This document shows, piece after piece, positions 51,414 to 63,100 of a stretch of DNA of 64,000 nucleotides. The notes under the pieces were generated by a model. That model ran no database searches. It was not told where the DNA came from and saw nothing but the letters and a program-made list of their open reading frames with translations. This stretch comes from an uncultured archaeon. GTDB lineage: Archaea; Thermoplasmatota; Penumbrarchaeia; JASLWR01. The first letter of the stretch is position 1; every line of letters begins with the position of its first letter. Location: positions 187,280 through 251,279 of the forward strand of contig CAYSHM010000001.1 in the NCBI GenBank assembly GCA_964430885.1, written 5' to 3'. A program made the position numbers and the translations under genes.

Positions 51414-51696
51414 TTCCCGTGAACCTGGTTTATAAGTAAAGGTGGTTAATGCTATTTTTAACTAACTCTGGATTTCGATTGGGATTGCTATGGTAGTTAC
51501 ATTTTTAGTAGGACTAAATATCTAATTATATCATTTAAGGCAAATAACCGCGTGACTTACAATAGTATTTTTAAAGGTAAAAGTTATATTTCGGATTCAC
51601 TTTAATATTTCGAGATGTTATTTTTGGTTCAATTGAATGTGATAGAATTACTGAAGAAATAGAATGAAACAATCTAACGAGTAGAGGTTAATTACG

Positions 51697-54600
51697 ATGA
51701 AGAGCAAAGTGAAATTGTCAACTGCGGTATTTTTAATAGTCCTATTGCTGGTATTACCATCAATTTCCTCCCCCATTGATAAATCTCCAAGTTTAGAAGG
51801 ACGTTCCAAAGAATCAGACGATTGGGTTTATGATGATGAAACATGTGGTTTTCAACCCCTAGCGGCAAGGGAAAGCACTACCCCCTCATTTAATCAAACA
51901 GTTATAATATCCGAAGGTGAGCTTGAAATAAACGGTGAACCTGTATATCTTTACGGTGGAGAACTCCAGTATTTCAGGATCCGGGATGAAAATCATGATG
52001 CATCAGTTACCTGGTCCTTGTGGGAGCAGACCTTGGATCAGATGAAGGATGCAGGAATGAACTTTGTCAGTTTCTACATACCTTGGGACTACCATGAGGA
52101 ATCCGAAGGAGTATTCAATTTCAACGGTTCAAAGGATCTGGACCATTTATTGGATCTATGCTATCAAAAGGGATTCTACGTGATGGCAAGGCCGGGTCCC
52201 TATATTATCGCTGAGTGGCCAACCGGCCCCGGTAGCTTTGGTGCTGTCCCTCAGTGGTTCAAAGATAGCCATCCCGAGACCCTGCAGGTAAAATCAGGAG
52301 GCGCCCATCACGATCAGCCTACATATCTGCATCCCCAATTTCTCAATTACACCGAGAAATGGTTCAGACGGGTCAATCCCATTCTGCAGAAATATATTCA
52401 CCAAAAACCCTGTATTGTCATGCTTCAGCTGGATAATGAACCCAATTTTCTTTGGGTCGACCACTTCACTGTGGATTATTCCAATACCATGCGGGATTAT
52501 TATCATGGTTATCTTGAGGATAAATATGCACAAATACATGAATTGAACTCTGTTTACAATTCATCCCATTCCTCATTTGAGGATGTGGCGCCTCCTGAAG
52601 ATAAACCGGATAATATGGATGAGAATCCTTGGGTTTGGGATTGGTTCGATGCAGCACAGTGCTATATTATGGATTATCTTCTTATTCTAAGAGAAATGTG
52701 GGAGGATATGGGGATCAGGGAGAAGGATGTGATGTTCGTGACCAACGACGGAACTGCGGACATACCACTCAGGGACCTTCTCATGTGGGACGGCTTCAGA
52801 AAGAATGTTCCCGGTCTTTCCACCTTAGACATATATACTAAAATGTGGCCTACGAACTCCCACATAATGGATATTCCTTTCTCACCTGATTACTATGTCA
52901 AGCTTTTCGAATACTGCGCTGAAAAGGTACGGGGGGCAGGTGGTTATTCCATGGGACCCGAGATACAGGGCGGTTGGTGGATCGACCCCCCTTCGGTTTC
53001 AGGCAATGAGACCCGGATGCTGCTGACCAAGCTGATCGGCCACGGTTTAGATGGGATTGGGATTTACGTGGTCAGAGGGGGTTTCAACATGGATAACAGC
53101 GTATATGACTTCCAGGCCCCCATATCACCAGAAGGCGCTACTCGTCCCCGTTATGATGTCCTCAAGCTTTTTGGGGAAAATGTATTGGCACCATTCGGAG
53201 AAAAGCTCATGGAATGTCAGGACGTTGAAGACCCCATCGCAGTAGCAAATTACTGGCCGTATATGAATCCTCAGGACGGTGTAGAGGAGAACATGCAGTA
53301 TTTCTACGCCTATGAGAATGCAGCGCTCATGGGGATGCTGTTGTCCGCGGGTTTCAATCCTGATGTTATTGACCTTCATGAGGAAGATATGAATAATCTG
53401 TCAGATTACAAAGCCCTCTTCTTTCTCAATCCTGGTTTTGTCTGTCCTGATGATATGCTGAAACTACGGGACTATGTGAGGAATGGAGGGAATCTGGTGA
53501 ACTTTCTATGGCCCGGTAGCAGGGATCTCCAGTGGAAGGGAAATCCAGTGAACGCGGGAGTTGTATCCGATCTGTTCCCAGGTGAATATGTGAATACCTG
53601 GGATTGGTGGTATCCTCCCTACGGTGATAATATGGTGTTCTCCCTTGGCGAGGTTGACGGGACGGTATGGACCTACAATTACCAGACGACCTGGGATATC
53701 ACAGCGTATCCCGATTGTACCCCTTTTCTTCTGGACAGGTCCGACAATGTGGTTGGTTATTACAAGCCCTTTGGTAATGGGACCTCATATTTCATGGGAA
53801 CCTATCTTTCACGGGACTATAATAATGATAAATATTACAGCATGGGTGCGGATGATATCAATTCCAAATCCCTCCTCATGTCCGCGATTCTAGAGGAATG
53901 CGGAGTTAGTAGCGTTATTGGTACTGGTGAGGCTTTCAAGGAAGTATGGGCCAGCAAACCTCGGGGAAGAGATAATGAGGTATTTATATTCGGTGTGAAC
54001 AGTCTTGAGAACAGGGATGATTTCCATCTGAATTTTCACGATATCTCCGCCCTAGGTCTTACTGAGAATGCGGAATATGAAGTATCAGAATTGTTATCTG
54101 GCAATACTATAGGTAAGATCACCGGAAATGATATTCAGGAATCCGGAATTGACATTATGGTTGATGGTCATTCCAGCTTTATACTTCATATTAAGGCGAA
54201 TATAGAATTGGACCTAACTCCAGGGTGGAATCTTATATCCCTGCCCACTCTGGAAGATGATACACCTATTGAAGAAGCCATGAATTTTGTCAGCGGTAAA
54301 TACGGGATGGTGTGGGCATATGATCCCGAAAACTTGAACGGTCCTTGGCTCTCATATGCTCCTGACCGACCACCCCATTTCAACACTCTAGAAGGTGTAG
54401 GGCCCCATGATGGACTGTGTGTGTATATGAATGAGGGCCCTCTTGAAATTACCTTATCGGGGTCAACAAGCTCACAGAAAGAAATTCAATTAAGGGAAGG
54501 ATGGAACTTATTGGGTTATCCGCAGCTTGAAGTCAGGTCTGCAGACCATTTCCTTGGAGAATTACCTGTAGAATCGATTTCATTTTTTGGAGGGGGCAGT

Positions 54601-54699
54601 GACCCTTCAAAGCTTGAGAGTATGGATTTAAGCAGCTTTTTCATGCCTGTCAATGCATATTGGATAGAGGTATCCAGAGATACTGTTATCACCATTTGA
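51697..54699 (+). CDS. Secreted GH35 glycoside hydrolase with C-terminal 'GWNL' repeat domain
   Basis: Signal peptide; GGELQYFR, YIPW..HE..EG.F.F, RPGPYI.AEW, QLDNE (acid/base), PEIQGGW (nucleophile); LTPGWNLISLP and LREGWNLLGYP. Confidence 0.85.
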   Translation: MKSKVKLSTAVFLIVLLLVLPSISSPIDKSPSLEGRSKESDDWVYDDETCGFQPLAARESTTPSFNQTVIISEGELEINGEPVYLYGGELQYFRIRDENHDASVTWSLWEQTLDQMKDAGMNFVSFYIPWDYHEESEGVFNFNGSKDLDHLLDLCYQKGFYVMARPGPYIIAEWPTGPGSFGAVPQWFKDSHPETLQVKSGGAHHDQPTYLHPQFLNYTEKWFRRVNPILQKYIHQKPCIVMLQLDNEPNFLWVDHFTVDYSNTMRDYYHGYLEDKYAQIHELNSVYNSSHSSFEDVAPPEDKPDNMDENPWVWDWFDAAQCYIMDYLLILREMWEDMGIREKDVMFVTNDGTADIPLRDLLMWDGFRKNVPGLSTLDIYTKMWPTNSHIMDIPFSPDYYVKLFEYCAEKVRGAGGYSMGPEIQGGWWIDPPSVSGNETRMLLTKLIGHGLDGIGIYVVRGGFNMDNSVYDFQAPISPEGATRPRYDVLKLFGENVLAPFGEKLMECQDVEDPIAVANYWPYMNPQDGVEENMQYFYAYENAALMGMLLSAGFNPDVIDLHEEDMNNLSDYKALFFLNPGFVCPDDMLKLRDYVRNGGNLVNFLWPGSRDLQWKGNPVNAGVVSDLFPGEYVNTWDWWYPPYGDNMVFSLGEVDGTVWTYNYQTTWDITAYPDCTPFLLDRSDNVVGYYKPFGNGTSYFMGTYLSRDYNNDKYYSMGADDINSKSLLMSAILEECGVSSVIGTGEAFKEVWASKPRGRDNEVFIFGVNSLENRDDFHLNFHDISALGLTENAEYEVSELLSGNTIGKITGNDIQESGIDIMVDGHSSFILHIKANIELDLTPGWNLISLPTLEDDTPIEEAMNFVSGKYGMVWAYDPENLNGPWLSYAPDRPPHFNTLEGVGPHDGLCVYMNEGPLEITLSGSTSSQKEIQLREGWNLLGYPQLEVRSADHFLGELPVESISFFGGGSDPSKLESMDLSSFFMPVNAYWIEVSRDTVITI

Positions 54700-54709
54700 G
54701 GAATCTAAT

Positions 54710-56773
54710 ATGAATGGAAAGGATATAAATCTTATATTGGGATCATTTCTAATTTTATCAGCTCTTTCAATTCAGTTTTCAGATTATGCTGATTCGGCCC
54801 CTGTCATACCTTATTCCAGGTGGGGGACTGCCACTCTGGACGGTGAGGCAATTGGCAACGGTATGGAGATTTTTGCCCTTATAGATGGGACAATTTATGC
54901 ATCAAACCATACTTATAACACAGATGGATCTTACTGCCTGGACATCCCGTCACAGCCTACTGATGCCGATACGGCTAAGGAAGGTGGTATTGAAGGTGAT
55001 CTGATATATTACATATTCCAGTCGGATAATAGGACTTTTTTGGCTGAAGAAACTGATTCCTACACACTCTCTGGATTGAGCTGGCAGGTGAATCCCCTCA
55101 CTTTTTCAAGTTCACGCTCGGTGATACATCCATTGATAAATGAGCTGATTCCCGAACCGATTGATGGCGGCAATGATTATATTTATCTTTACAATCCGGA
55201 TTTCCAGGATATTGATCTGGAAGATTGGATATTGATAGACTCTACAGGTTTTGAGATGGAATTATTTGGGAATATTTCAGGAAGAGGTACGAGATATGTG
55301 GATCTGGGAACCAAGCGAATGGAGGGCCAAGATGGGTATCTGCGGTTATCGTGGTGTCCAGATCAATTCACTTCCAATAAGATATATTATTCCTTGGATA
55401 GGGTTGAATGGGGTAATTCGGATAACCCAGTATCCAATAGCACCCATCCGGATTTTACTAAAGTATCATCGTCGGGATCAGGTATGAAAAGAAATCCCAA
55501 TGGGACCGATAGTGATGACAGCAGTAAGGATTTCATCCTTCAGAAGCCTGCAACTCCAAGACCCAAGGGGACAATCAGGGGGTACGTCAAGGATGGGAAT
55601 GGAGATCAGGTCTTAAACTCGGAATTGGAGTTGTCAAGGAATAATACTCTCTTCTTAAAGAAAAACTTGATAGATTCAGATTATTTTGAATTAAACCTTC
55701 CTCAAGGAATATACATTCTGAGGATAAATTTCGCCGGATACGTCACATCAGAAAGATATAATATAGAAATAATTGCAGATAGTGAATCCTGGGTGAATGT
55801 GACCCTTGCAAGGTCCGCAAATTCAAGCGAACCCAATGGTATGTTGTACGGGACCGTATATGACCATAATGATGAAATTTGGAATGTAAGTGTAGTCCTT
55901 AAATCTTCTGAGAATTATACTGAAAACGCCATTGCTACAGATATATTCGGATATTACGAGTTCATCATTCCTTCAGGTTCATATAATGTCCATCTGTCCA
56001 AAAAAGGCTATGAAAATCAGTCATATCACAGAATATCCATCCACCCTGGGGATGAGTTGAAATTGGACATTTACATGTGGAAAATATCTGATCACAATAA
56101 TTCGATTTCAGCTAACGGTAGTGTCGGTGGGAGGGTCATAGATGAATCCGGACTGGCGTTTAAGGCGTTGAATCTTGAGATTGTAAACACTACTTCAGGT
56201 ACAGCTCATTTTAGTCTTACTGACAAAAATGGATATTATTCGTTTTCACTTGAACCTGGATTCTATAGGTTGGATGTAGAATATCCCAATTACGAATTAT
56301 GGAGTCAGGGGTTCGAAATTGAGCGGGGCACAATTACAGTCATGAATGTGGTTCTGCGCGGATCTGAACCAGTAATAACCTTGATATTCCATGTAATAGA
56401 TGAAAACTCAAGGGGTATCAATAACGCTTCAATAGCATTAATGATCGATGACACTCAAGAATTGAAAATGAAGACGAATGTGGACGGTTATGCCACTTTT
56501 ATAAAGATCCGATATGGGGGGGTTGGATCGATTATTGATCACCTGGATTATGAAATATGGACCGACAACATTCAAATTCATACTGATAAAAGAATACAGT
56601 TCATCGAGGTTGTATTGGAATCAAAAATTATCGCTGATGTACCGGAAGCCGAGGATGATACGGATTATTCTATCGTGATGGTTTTGTTAGTTGTAATTTT
56701 AATTATTATACTTTCATTCATTATCTTATTTGCAATTTTGATACTCCGAAAGCGCAAGCAAGAAATGGATTAA
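54710..56773 (+). CDS. Surface protein with a lamin-tail-like domain, carboxypeptidase-regulatory-like repeats and a C-terminal TM
   Basis: INEL.P......YIYLYNP....IDL.DW.L; G.V.D......TD..G.Y.F.L..G.Y repeats; TM followed by RKRK. Confidence 0.8.
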   Translation: MNGKDINLILGSFLILSALSIQFSDYADSAPVIPYSRWGTATLDGEAIGNGMEIFALIDGTIYASNHTYNTDGSYCLDIPSQPTDADTAKEGGIEGDLIYYIFQSDNRTFLAEETDSYTLSGLSWQVNPLTFSSSRSVIHPLINELIPEPIDGGNDYIYLYNPDFQDIDLEDWILIDSTGFEMELFGNISGRGTRYVDLGTKRMEGQDGYLRLSWCPDQFTSNKIYYSLDRVEWGNSDNPVSNSTHPDFTKVSSSGSGMKRNPNGTDSDDSSKDFILQKPATPRPKGTIRGYVKDGNGDQVLNSELELSRNNTLFLKKNLIDSDYFELNLPQGIYILRINFAGYVTSERYNIEIIADSESWVNVTLARSANSSEPNGMLYGTVYDHNDEIWNVSVVLKSSENYTENAIATDIFGYYEFIIPSGSYNVHLSKKGYENQSYHRISIHPGDELKLDIYMWKISDHNNSISANGSVGGRVIDESGLAFKALNLEIVNTTSGTAHFSLTDKNGYYSFSLEPGFYRLDVEYPNYELWSQGFEIERGTITVMNVVLRGSEPVITLIFHVIDENSRGINNASIALMIDDTQELKMKTNVDGYATFIKIRYGGVGSIIDHLDYEIWTDNIQIHTDKRIQFIEVVLESKIIADVPEAEDDTDYSIVMVLLVVILIIILSFIILFAILILRKRKQEMD

Positions 56774-57120
56774 TATTCTGCAAGACGAACATCGAAGTCC
56801 TTTAGAATCCGCGGTCATGAACACTGAATTTGGAATGGTTCATTAGCCTCTTCTAATTATTTTCAATTCCGCATTCCATGGCATTTAATGAATCTACACT
56901 TTAAATTAGTTAAATTATTGAAAATTTTTGATGAGCTTCCATTATTTAAGAAATGTTTTTTTTAAAATACTTTTCATCGTGCTGGCAATTTGATTATTCG
57001 CGACATTATTAAATTTATTTTTTTTCCCTAAAAGTATATTAAGATGGTTTTTATTAGATTATTCGAAATTAGATTAGATTGTATGTTGTTTATTACATAA
57101 CTTAGAATGGAGAGATACAC

Positions 57121-60100
57121 ATGGAAAAAAATATTGATGGGAAGAAAAGAATGCACAAGATATTGCTTATTAGCGTTATCTGTGCTCTTGTGCTGACCGG
57201 AATAGCAATTCTGGTAGCAGACTTTTTTGAAAGCGATTCTAATTCAAATGTAACGGTAGATGAAGTGGTTTTCCTGCCCTACCAGAATGAAAAGACCGTC
57301 GATGCCCAGACAATGAGCTACGGTATGGCAGCCAAATACAGCGATGGCACTACTGGTAATCTTCCAGATATGAGCAATTATTATGTGGCTTCATTGGAAA
57401 TGGCTGAAGATGATAGTTTGGAAATCTCCTCAACTTACACATCCCGAGCAGGAGAAGAAACCTGGTCTTTCAATAATGTAAGTACAGGGAGATATGGAAA
57501 TCTTCAGAATTGGCAGGCCCCTCAAGATGGCATATATATCATTGAGGCCTGGGGTGCGGAAGGAGGTAAGAGCAATGGCCAGAGCGGTGGTATGAATGTT
57601 ATGGGTGGAAAAGGTGCCCGTATAAAGGGCGATTTTGAGTTGTCCCAGGGCGATTCATTGGATATACTGGTCGGACAAAAGGGAGAAGATGCCAATTGCG
57701 GTTCTGGTGGCGGCGGTGGAACGTTCGTGGTCAAAGGGAATGATCTTTTAGTGGCTGCAGGCGGTGGTGGTGGCGGTTTCCACTGTCATTGGGCAGGATA
57801 TGGACTTGAAGGTGTTGATGGCCAGGCTGGCCAGGATGGTACAGCTGGAAACAATCATCCCAACAGGCCCAGCAGGCCAGGTGGTACCAATGGTCAGGGT
57901 GGATCGGGATATTTCGGCGGCGGTGGAGGTGGTTGGTTATCCGGTGGTTATTGCAATACTTATGGTGACGGCGGCGGCGGTGCCTATCCTGGAAACGGTG
58001 GGCGTTATGGCGGTGGATACGGCGGCGGCGGCGGAAGATACAGCGGATGCTGCGGCGGTTCTGGAGGCGGTGGTGGCTACAGCGGAGGCAGTGTAGGCGG
58101 CTCCGATGTCACCGCTGGAGGTGGTGGTGGATCCTTCAATGATGGTGATAATCCTGATAATGAGGGCGGTATAAGGTCTGGCCATGGAATGGTTGAGATC
58201 ACTTATACCGGCGGCGGTACATCATCCGAATACGGCCAGGAGTTCGAGGAAGGAACCGGAGTTTCAATGACATTCAATAACTGCAGTGCTACCGGCCGGT
58301 ACGGCCCAACCCAGGGACAGGTAAACTCCTCGTATTCCGGAACGGATCTGGCGGGGCAGGTCACAATCAACACCCAGGGAGTCCAGGAGTGGACAGTCCC
58401 TTCAGATGGAACATATACCATTGAGGTATGGGGTGCACAGGGAAATCATAGTGTCTATAATGGGGGATATGGTGCCCGTATGAAGGGTGAATTTGACCTT
58501 GACCAAGGCCAGGTTCTAAGCATAGTCGTTGGTCAGCAGGGTGGAACTGAATCCGGAAATTCCAATAGGTCCGGAGGCGGAGGCGGAGGGTCTTTCGTGT
58601 ATGAGAATAATACTTTATTCATAGCTGCTGGCGGCGGCGGTGGTCATACTGGTTACAGCGGTGGCGGTTATAATTGGAGGGGTAACAGTGATGCAGAGGC
58701 AACCGAGAACGGCAATGCTGGTTGTGGATGGGGTCCAGGACAGGGCGGAGCAGGTGGTACCAATGGTAACGGAGGCGGCGGTGCTTATTGGGGTGGTGCG
58801 GGAGCTGGTTGGCTTTCCAATGGCGGTGACGCCAATGCTTACGGCGGCAATCAAGGCGGCAGGACCCGCACAAGTGGATGGATCGGTGGAGATCCTACAT
58901 CCTATGGAGGCATAGGCGGTTTCGGCGGCGGAGGAACGGGCGGTTACGCCTATGGCGGCGGCGGCGGCGGTGGAGGTTATTCAGGTGGCGGTGCAGGAAC
59001 CGATCCCGGATCAGGCGGCGGTGCAGGTTCATATAATGATGGGGAAAACCAGGATAACGAAGCAGGGATCAATTCAGGACATGGGGAAGTTGTGATATCA
59101 ACACCACCCAATGCTATTGCCACTTATTACAAGGAAACATTCTCGGATCCGCTTTCAGGAGATAATGCCACTGAGTTCGGCACAGCCTGGAGAGCCAACA
59201 GCGATCTTGAATCAGCGAGAAATGAGAGAATAGTAACTGAACCTATTCTGGTGGAGGTAGCCAATTATACTTTTACTAATTGCGGAAGCACAGGTCGAAC
59301 AGGTCCGAACCAGGGGGATGTTAACTCAGAATACAGCGGAACAAGCCTTGAAGGTGATGTCTCAATAAATACCCAGGGTTATCAGGAATGGATCGTACCT
59401 GAAACTGCAACATATACAATAATAGCACATGGCGCTGAAGGAGGGGAGGTCAATGGGAGCAATGTTGGAGGTAAAGGTGCAAAGATGCAGGGTGATTTTG
59501 ATCTTAATCAAGGTGAGAAGTTAATAATCCTTGTTGGTCAGAGAGGTAGTAATCCTTCTAATTATAACTATGAAGGCGGTGGTGGCGGTGGTGGAACATA
59601 TGTTACCGAAGGCAATAATTATAACTCATCTACGGCCTTGATAGTGGCTGGAGGAGGCGGCGGAGCTACTGCATCATATCAGGGGGTCAATCAGCCTGGT
59701 CAGGGCGGTTTGATTACCAATACAGGTACTGGCGGTGGAAGCTGGGGATCTTATCATGATAGCGGCGGTGCAGGTTTCGTTGGGAATTCACAGGGCGGAT
59801 ATGCTCACAGTTTCAGAAATAATGGAATTGGTGGGAATTCCAACTATAATGGTGATGGAGGTTTTGGCGGCGGTGGGGCATCCATCCATCATCCTGGCGG
59901 TGGAGGTGGCGGGTATCACGGCGGCATGGGGGGCCATAATTTTTCGACAACTGCCAGAGGAGGCGGTTCTTACAATAACGGGGATAATCCGGATAACACA
60001 GCCGATACAAATACCGGTCATGGTTTGGTTGAGATAGTTAGATATGAGGAGATGGACGATCCAGGTTTCGACGCCTATGAGGAGGAAGAAAGAGGACCTT

Positions 60101-63100
60101 ACTGCTGGGTTATGGACAATCCTGAACCGGTGGTCAGGGATCTTAATCTAAATGAACTCACAATGCATATAGGTCTTGATGCTGGAGAGGAGGATGTTAC
60201 CGAACTCACCTTGGACTTTGCAGCTGCCATATACGGCAACTGCGATCCAATGCCCCCAGTATTCAGCAATGGTGATGAATGGACCTATGATGGAGTGGCA
60301 GTCAGTACCAATGGAGTGAATTGGTACAAGGTTTGGTCCCCGGTAAATCCTGCTGGCTGGTATATGCATGAAGGATTTGACCTTCTCTCCATCCTACCCA
60401 ATAACAGCGTGGATTCTCAAGAGGACCTTTTCATCAAGTTCATGCAGTACGGAGGCGGTGCTTTCCCTGATGAAACAATTCTTTGGGATGAGATAACCCT
60501 TAGAGCAAATCCGGAAGTGGAATTCCTATTCGAGGTTCCATCTCTTGAGGTTTCCATTGATGCGGACCCTGAACCCTTCAGGATTTACGCTGAAGGCCAG
60601 GGCGATCCGGATATGGCTACTGTGAATGTGAATATAGATGGTATTGGTGCCGCACTCGGCGGTGGAAATACCCGGGCGGACCCCATAATATATACATTCA
60701 ACAATTGCGGAGCTACTGGCTATTCAGGTCCCAGTCAAGCACAGATGAACAACCAATATTCAGGTACACCCCTTGACGGATTGATCACAAGGGTTGGCGA
60801 CGGGATGCAGAGATGGACCGTTCCTGAGTCTGGATTATATACCATTGAAGTGAGAGGGGCCCAGGGAGGTAATTCCAATAATTATCAGGGAGGCAATGGT
60901 GCTATATTGAGGGCGGACTTTGAACTTGAACAGGGCGACGATTATCTTGTTCTGATCGGACAGCGGGGCATCAATGGCGGGTCAGGAGGCGGCGGAGCCG
61001 GAGGTAGTTATGTCGCAAAGGGCAATAACTACAATTCCGCGGATCCGTTCATTATTGCCGGCGGCGGCGGCGGCGGTAATGATTATGGTCAGGATGGCGG
61101 TAATGGAAAGGATGGTCGTACTCACACCAGCGGTGGAGATGGGAACCGTGGGAGCGGAGGTACCAATGGAAACGGAGGTACATCCGGGTCTTGTTCTAAC
61201 AGTGCTCCGGCCGGCGGCGGTTTTTTCACCAATGGAGAGTGCTGTAATTGCTGGTGCGGACCCAGTGGAGCTGGGAAGGCCTTCAGAAATGGAGGGAACG
61301 GAGGCAGCGGCTGCGGTAACGGTTGCTATTTCGGAGGTTTTGGTGGAGGCTGTAAGACCTGGACATCAGGTGTTGGGGGTGCAGCAGCAGGTGGATATTC
61401 AGGCGGCGGCGCACCCAATCACTGCTGTGGTAGAGGCGGTGGTGGCGGTTCGTTCATCGATAACTCTGGTGTCAATGTTGCAACTTCAGATGGTCAATAC
61501 GATGGCTCTGGAACATTTGGTGGTGATAACATAGAGAACCTGAACTCCTGGAGACAGGGTCATGGTGAAGTTATTATCACATATGTTGGAGGTGGTGATC
61601 CTGCTGCTTCAGAGGTTAGATTCACCTATGAAAGAGCTGATGGAATCATAATCGACAACGATCCAGGTATCACTGAGATAACATGGTCGTCTGCCGATGA
61701 GAATCCTGACGACGATGCAGTTTTTGTTGGTGATGAGTTCGATATTGAATTCACTATATCCTCAGCAGAGGGTTTTGCCGGAGAGATAGGACCCTTCAAT
61801 ATTCAGTATGTATCCTGGGACAATGAAATAATCAATATGGATCTTGAATCACCATATCTCAGGGTTCAGGAGTTCTCCTATGCCGATTTCAGCGAGGACT
61901 CAATGTTCATTGCGAACAACCATGGACAGATACCAGGTCAGGAGAACTTGATCACTCTGGCATCCTATGATGATCTGGAGCCACCCGGCGAGATGATACC
62001 CCAGGAATTTCATAACTGGATCCTGGACTTCCCGACTGTGGATGATGTATGGCTTGAAGATACACCTGAAAGTCATCAGAAATATCTGCATATCGAAGGT
62101 GGGGAACCGGGTGATGAAGGTACCATCACCGTTACCCACGGCGCTGCTAGGGGAACGGGGGATACCTTTGTTCTGCCGATCACCCTGACATCAGGACCGG
62201 CCAGCACAGCCACGGTAACAGCTTTGGACACATATATGTACAGCATGACCGACATTCTCACCGTATCTGTTGAAGATAATTTCGGTAATGCAGCTGTGGA
62301 CTGGACAGGCAAGATGTATATACGTCTTGATGCCGGAGAGGTCGATTTCTCGGCCGAGGTGGAGGTCGAAGATGACGGTGGTTCCTACGACGGCTGGCTC
62401 TACTATGAGTTCACACCGGCTGATAGGGCGCTGCATACCTTCTTCATTACCCCGTGGACATACATTGGTGACGGCAATACCATAATCCACTTTGAGACAA
62501 TTGCCGGACTCAGTGCCGATGTTTCATTGGACGTGGATGCAGGTCCCGTCCATCATCTTCTGGTCACTCCTGACTGGGATGAGATGGGTGTTGCACCGAG
62601 ACCCGAGAACTACATCTATGCCGGTGAGACCCTCTATCTTGACGTGCAGGCAGTTGACATGGGCGATCATGTGTCAACCACGTATACTGCGCCCATAATC
62701 GCAGAACATAATTCATCTGCAACGGGTGAACTGGAACCTGAAACCTGGCGGACCGAAACGTCAAATGTCGCTCTTGAGATGATAGACGGAGAGATCACCG
62801 TTGCCGACCAGTTGACCGAGTTCGTATTCTATCAGGCCGCGGAGAATCTGGAGATCAGCATGAAATCCGGCATCAATCATGCCGTGAACGGCAGGCTCGA
62901 TCTTGAAGTAAGGGCCGGACCTCTGGCTGAGCTTGCACCCATCCCCGACCCATCTACCATGGATGCTCTGCATGCGGCCGATGGTCATCTTCTGATCCCA
63001 GTAAGCGGGACTCAGTTCTTCGATGTTCTGGCATTTGACGAATGGGGTAATCCTGTCACGGAGTACGATATCACAGATTGGGATGCAGATGAAATTATCG

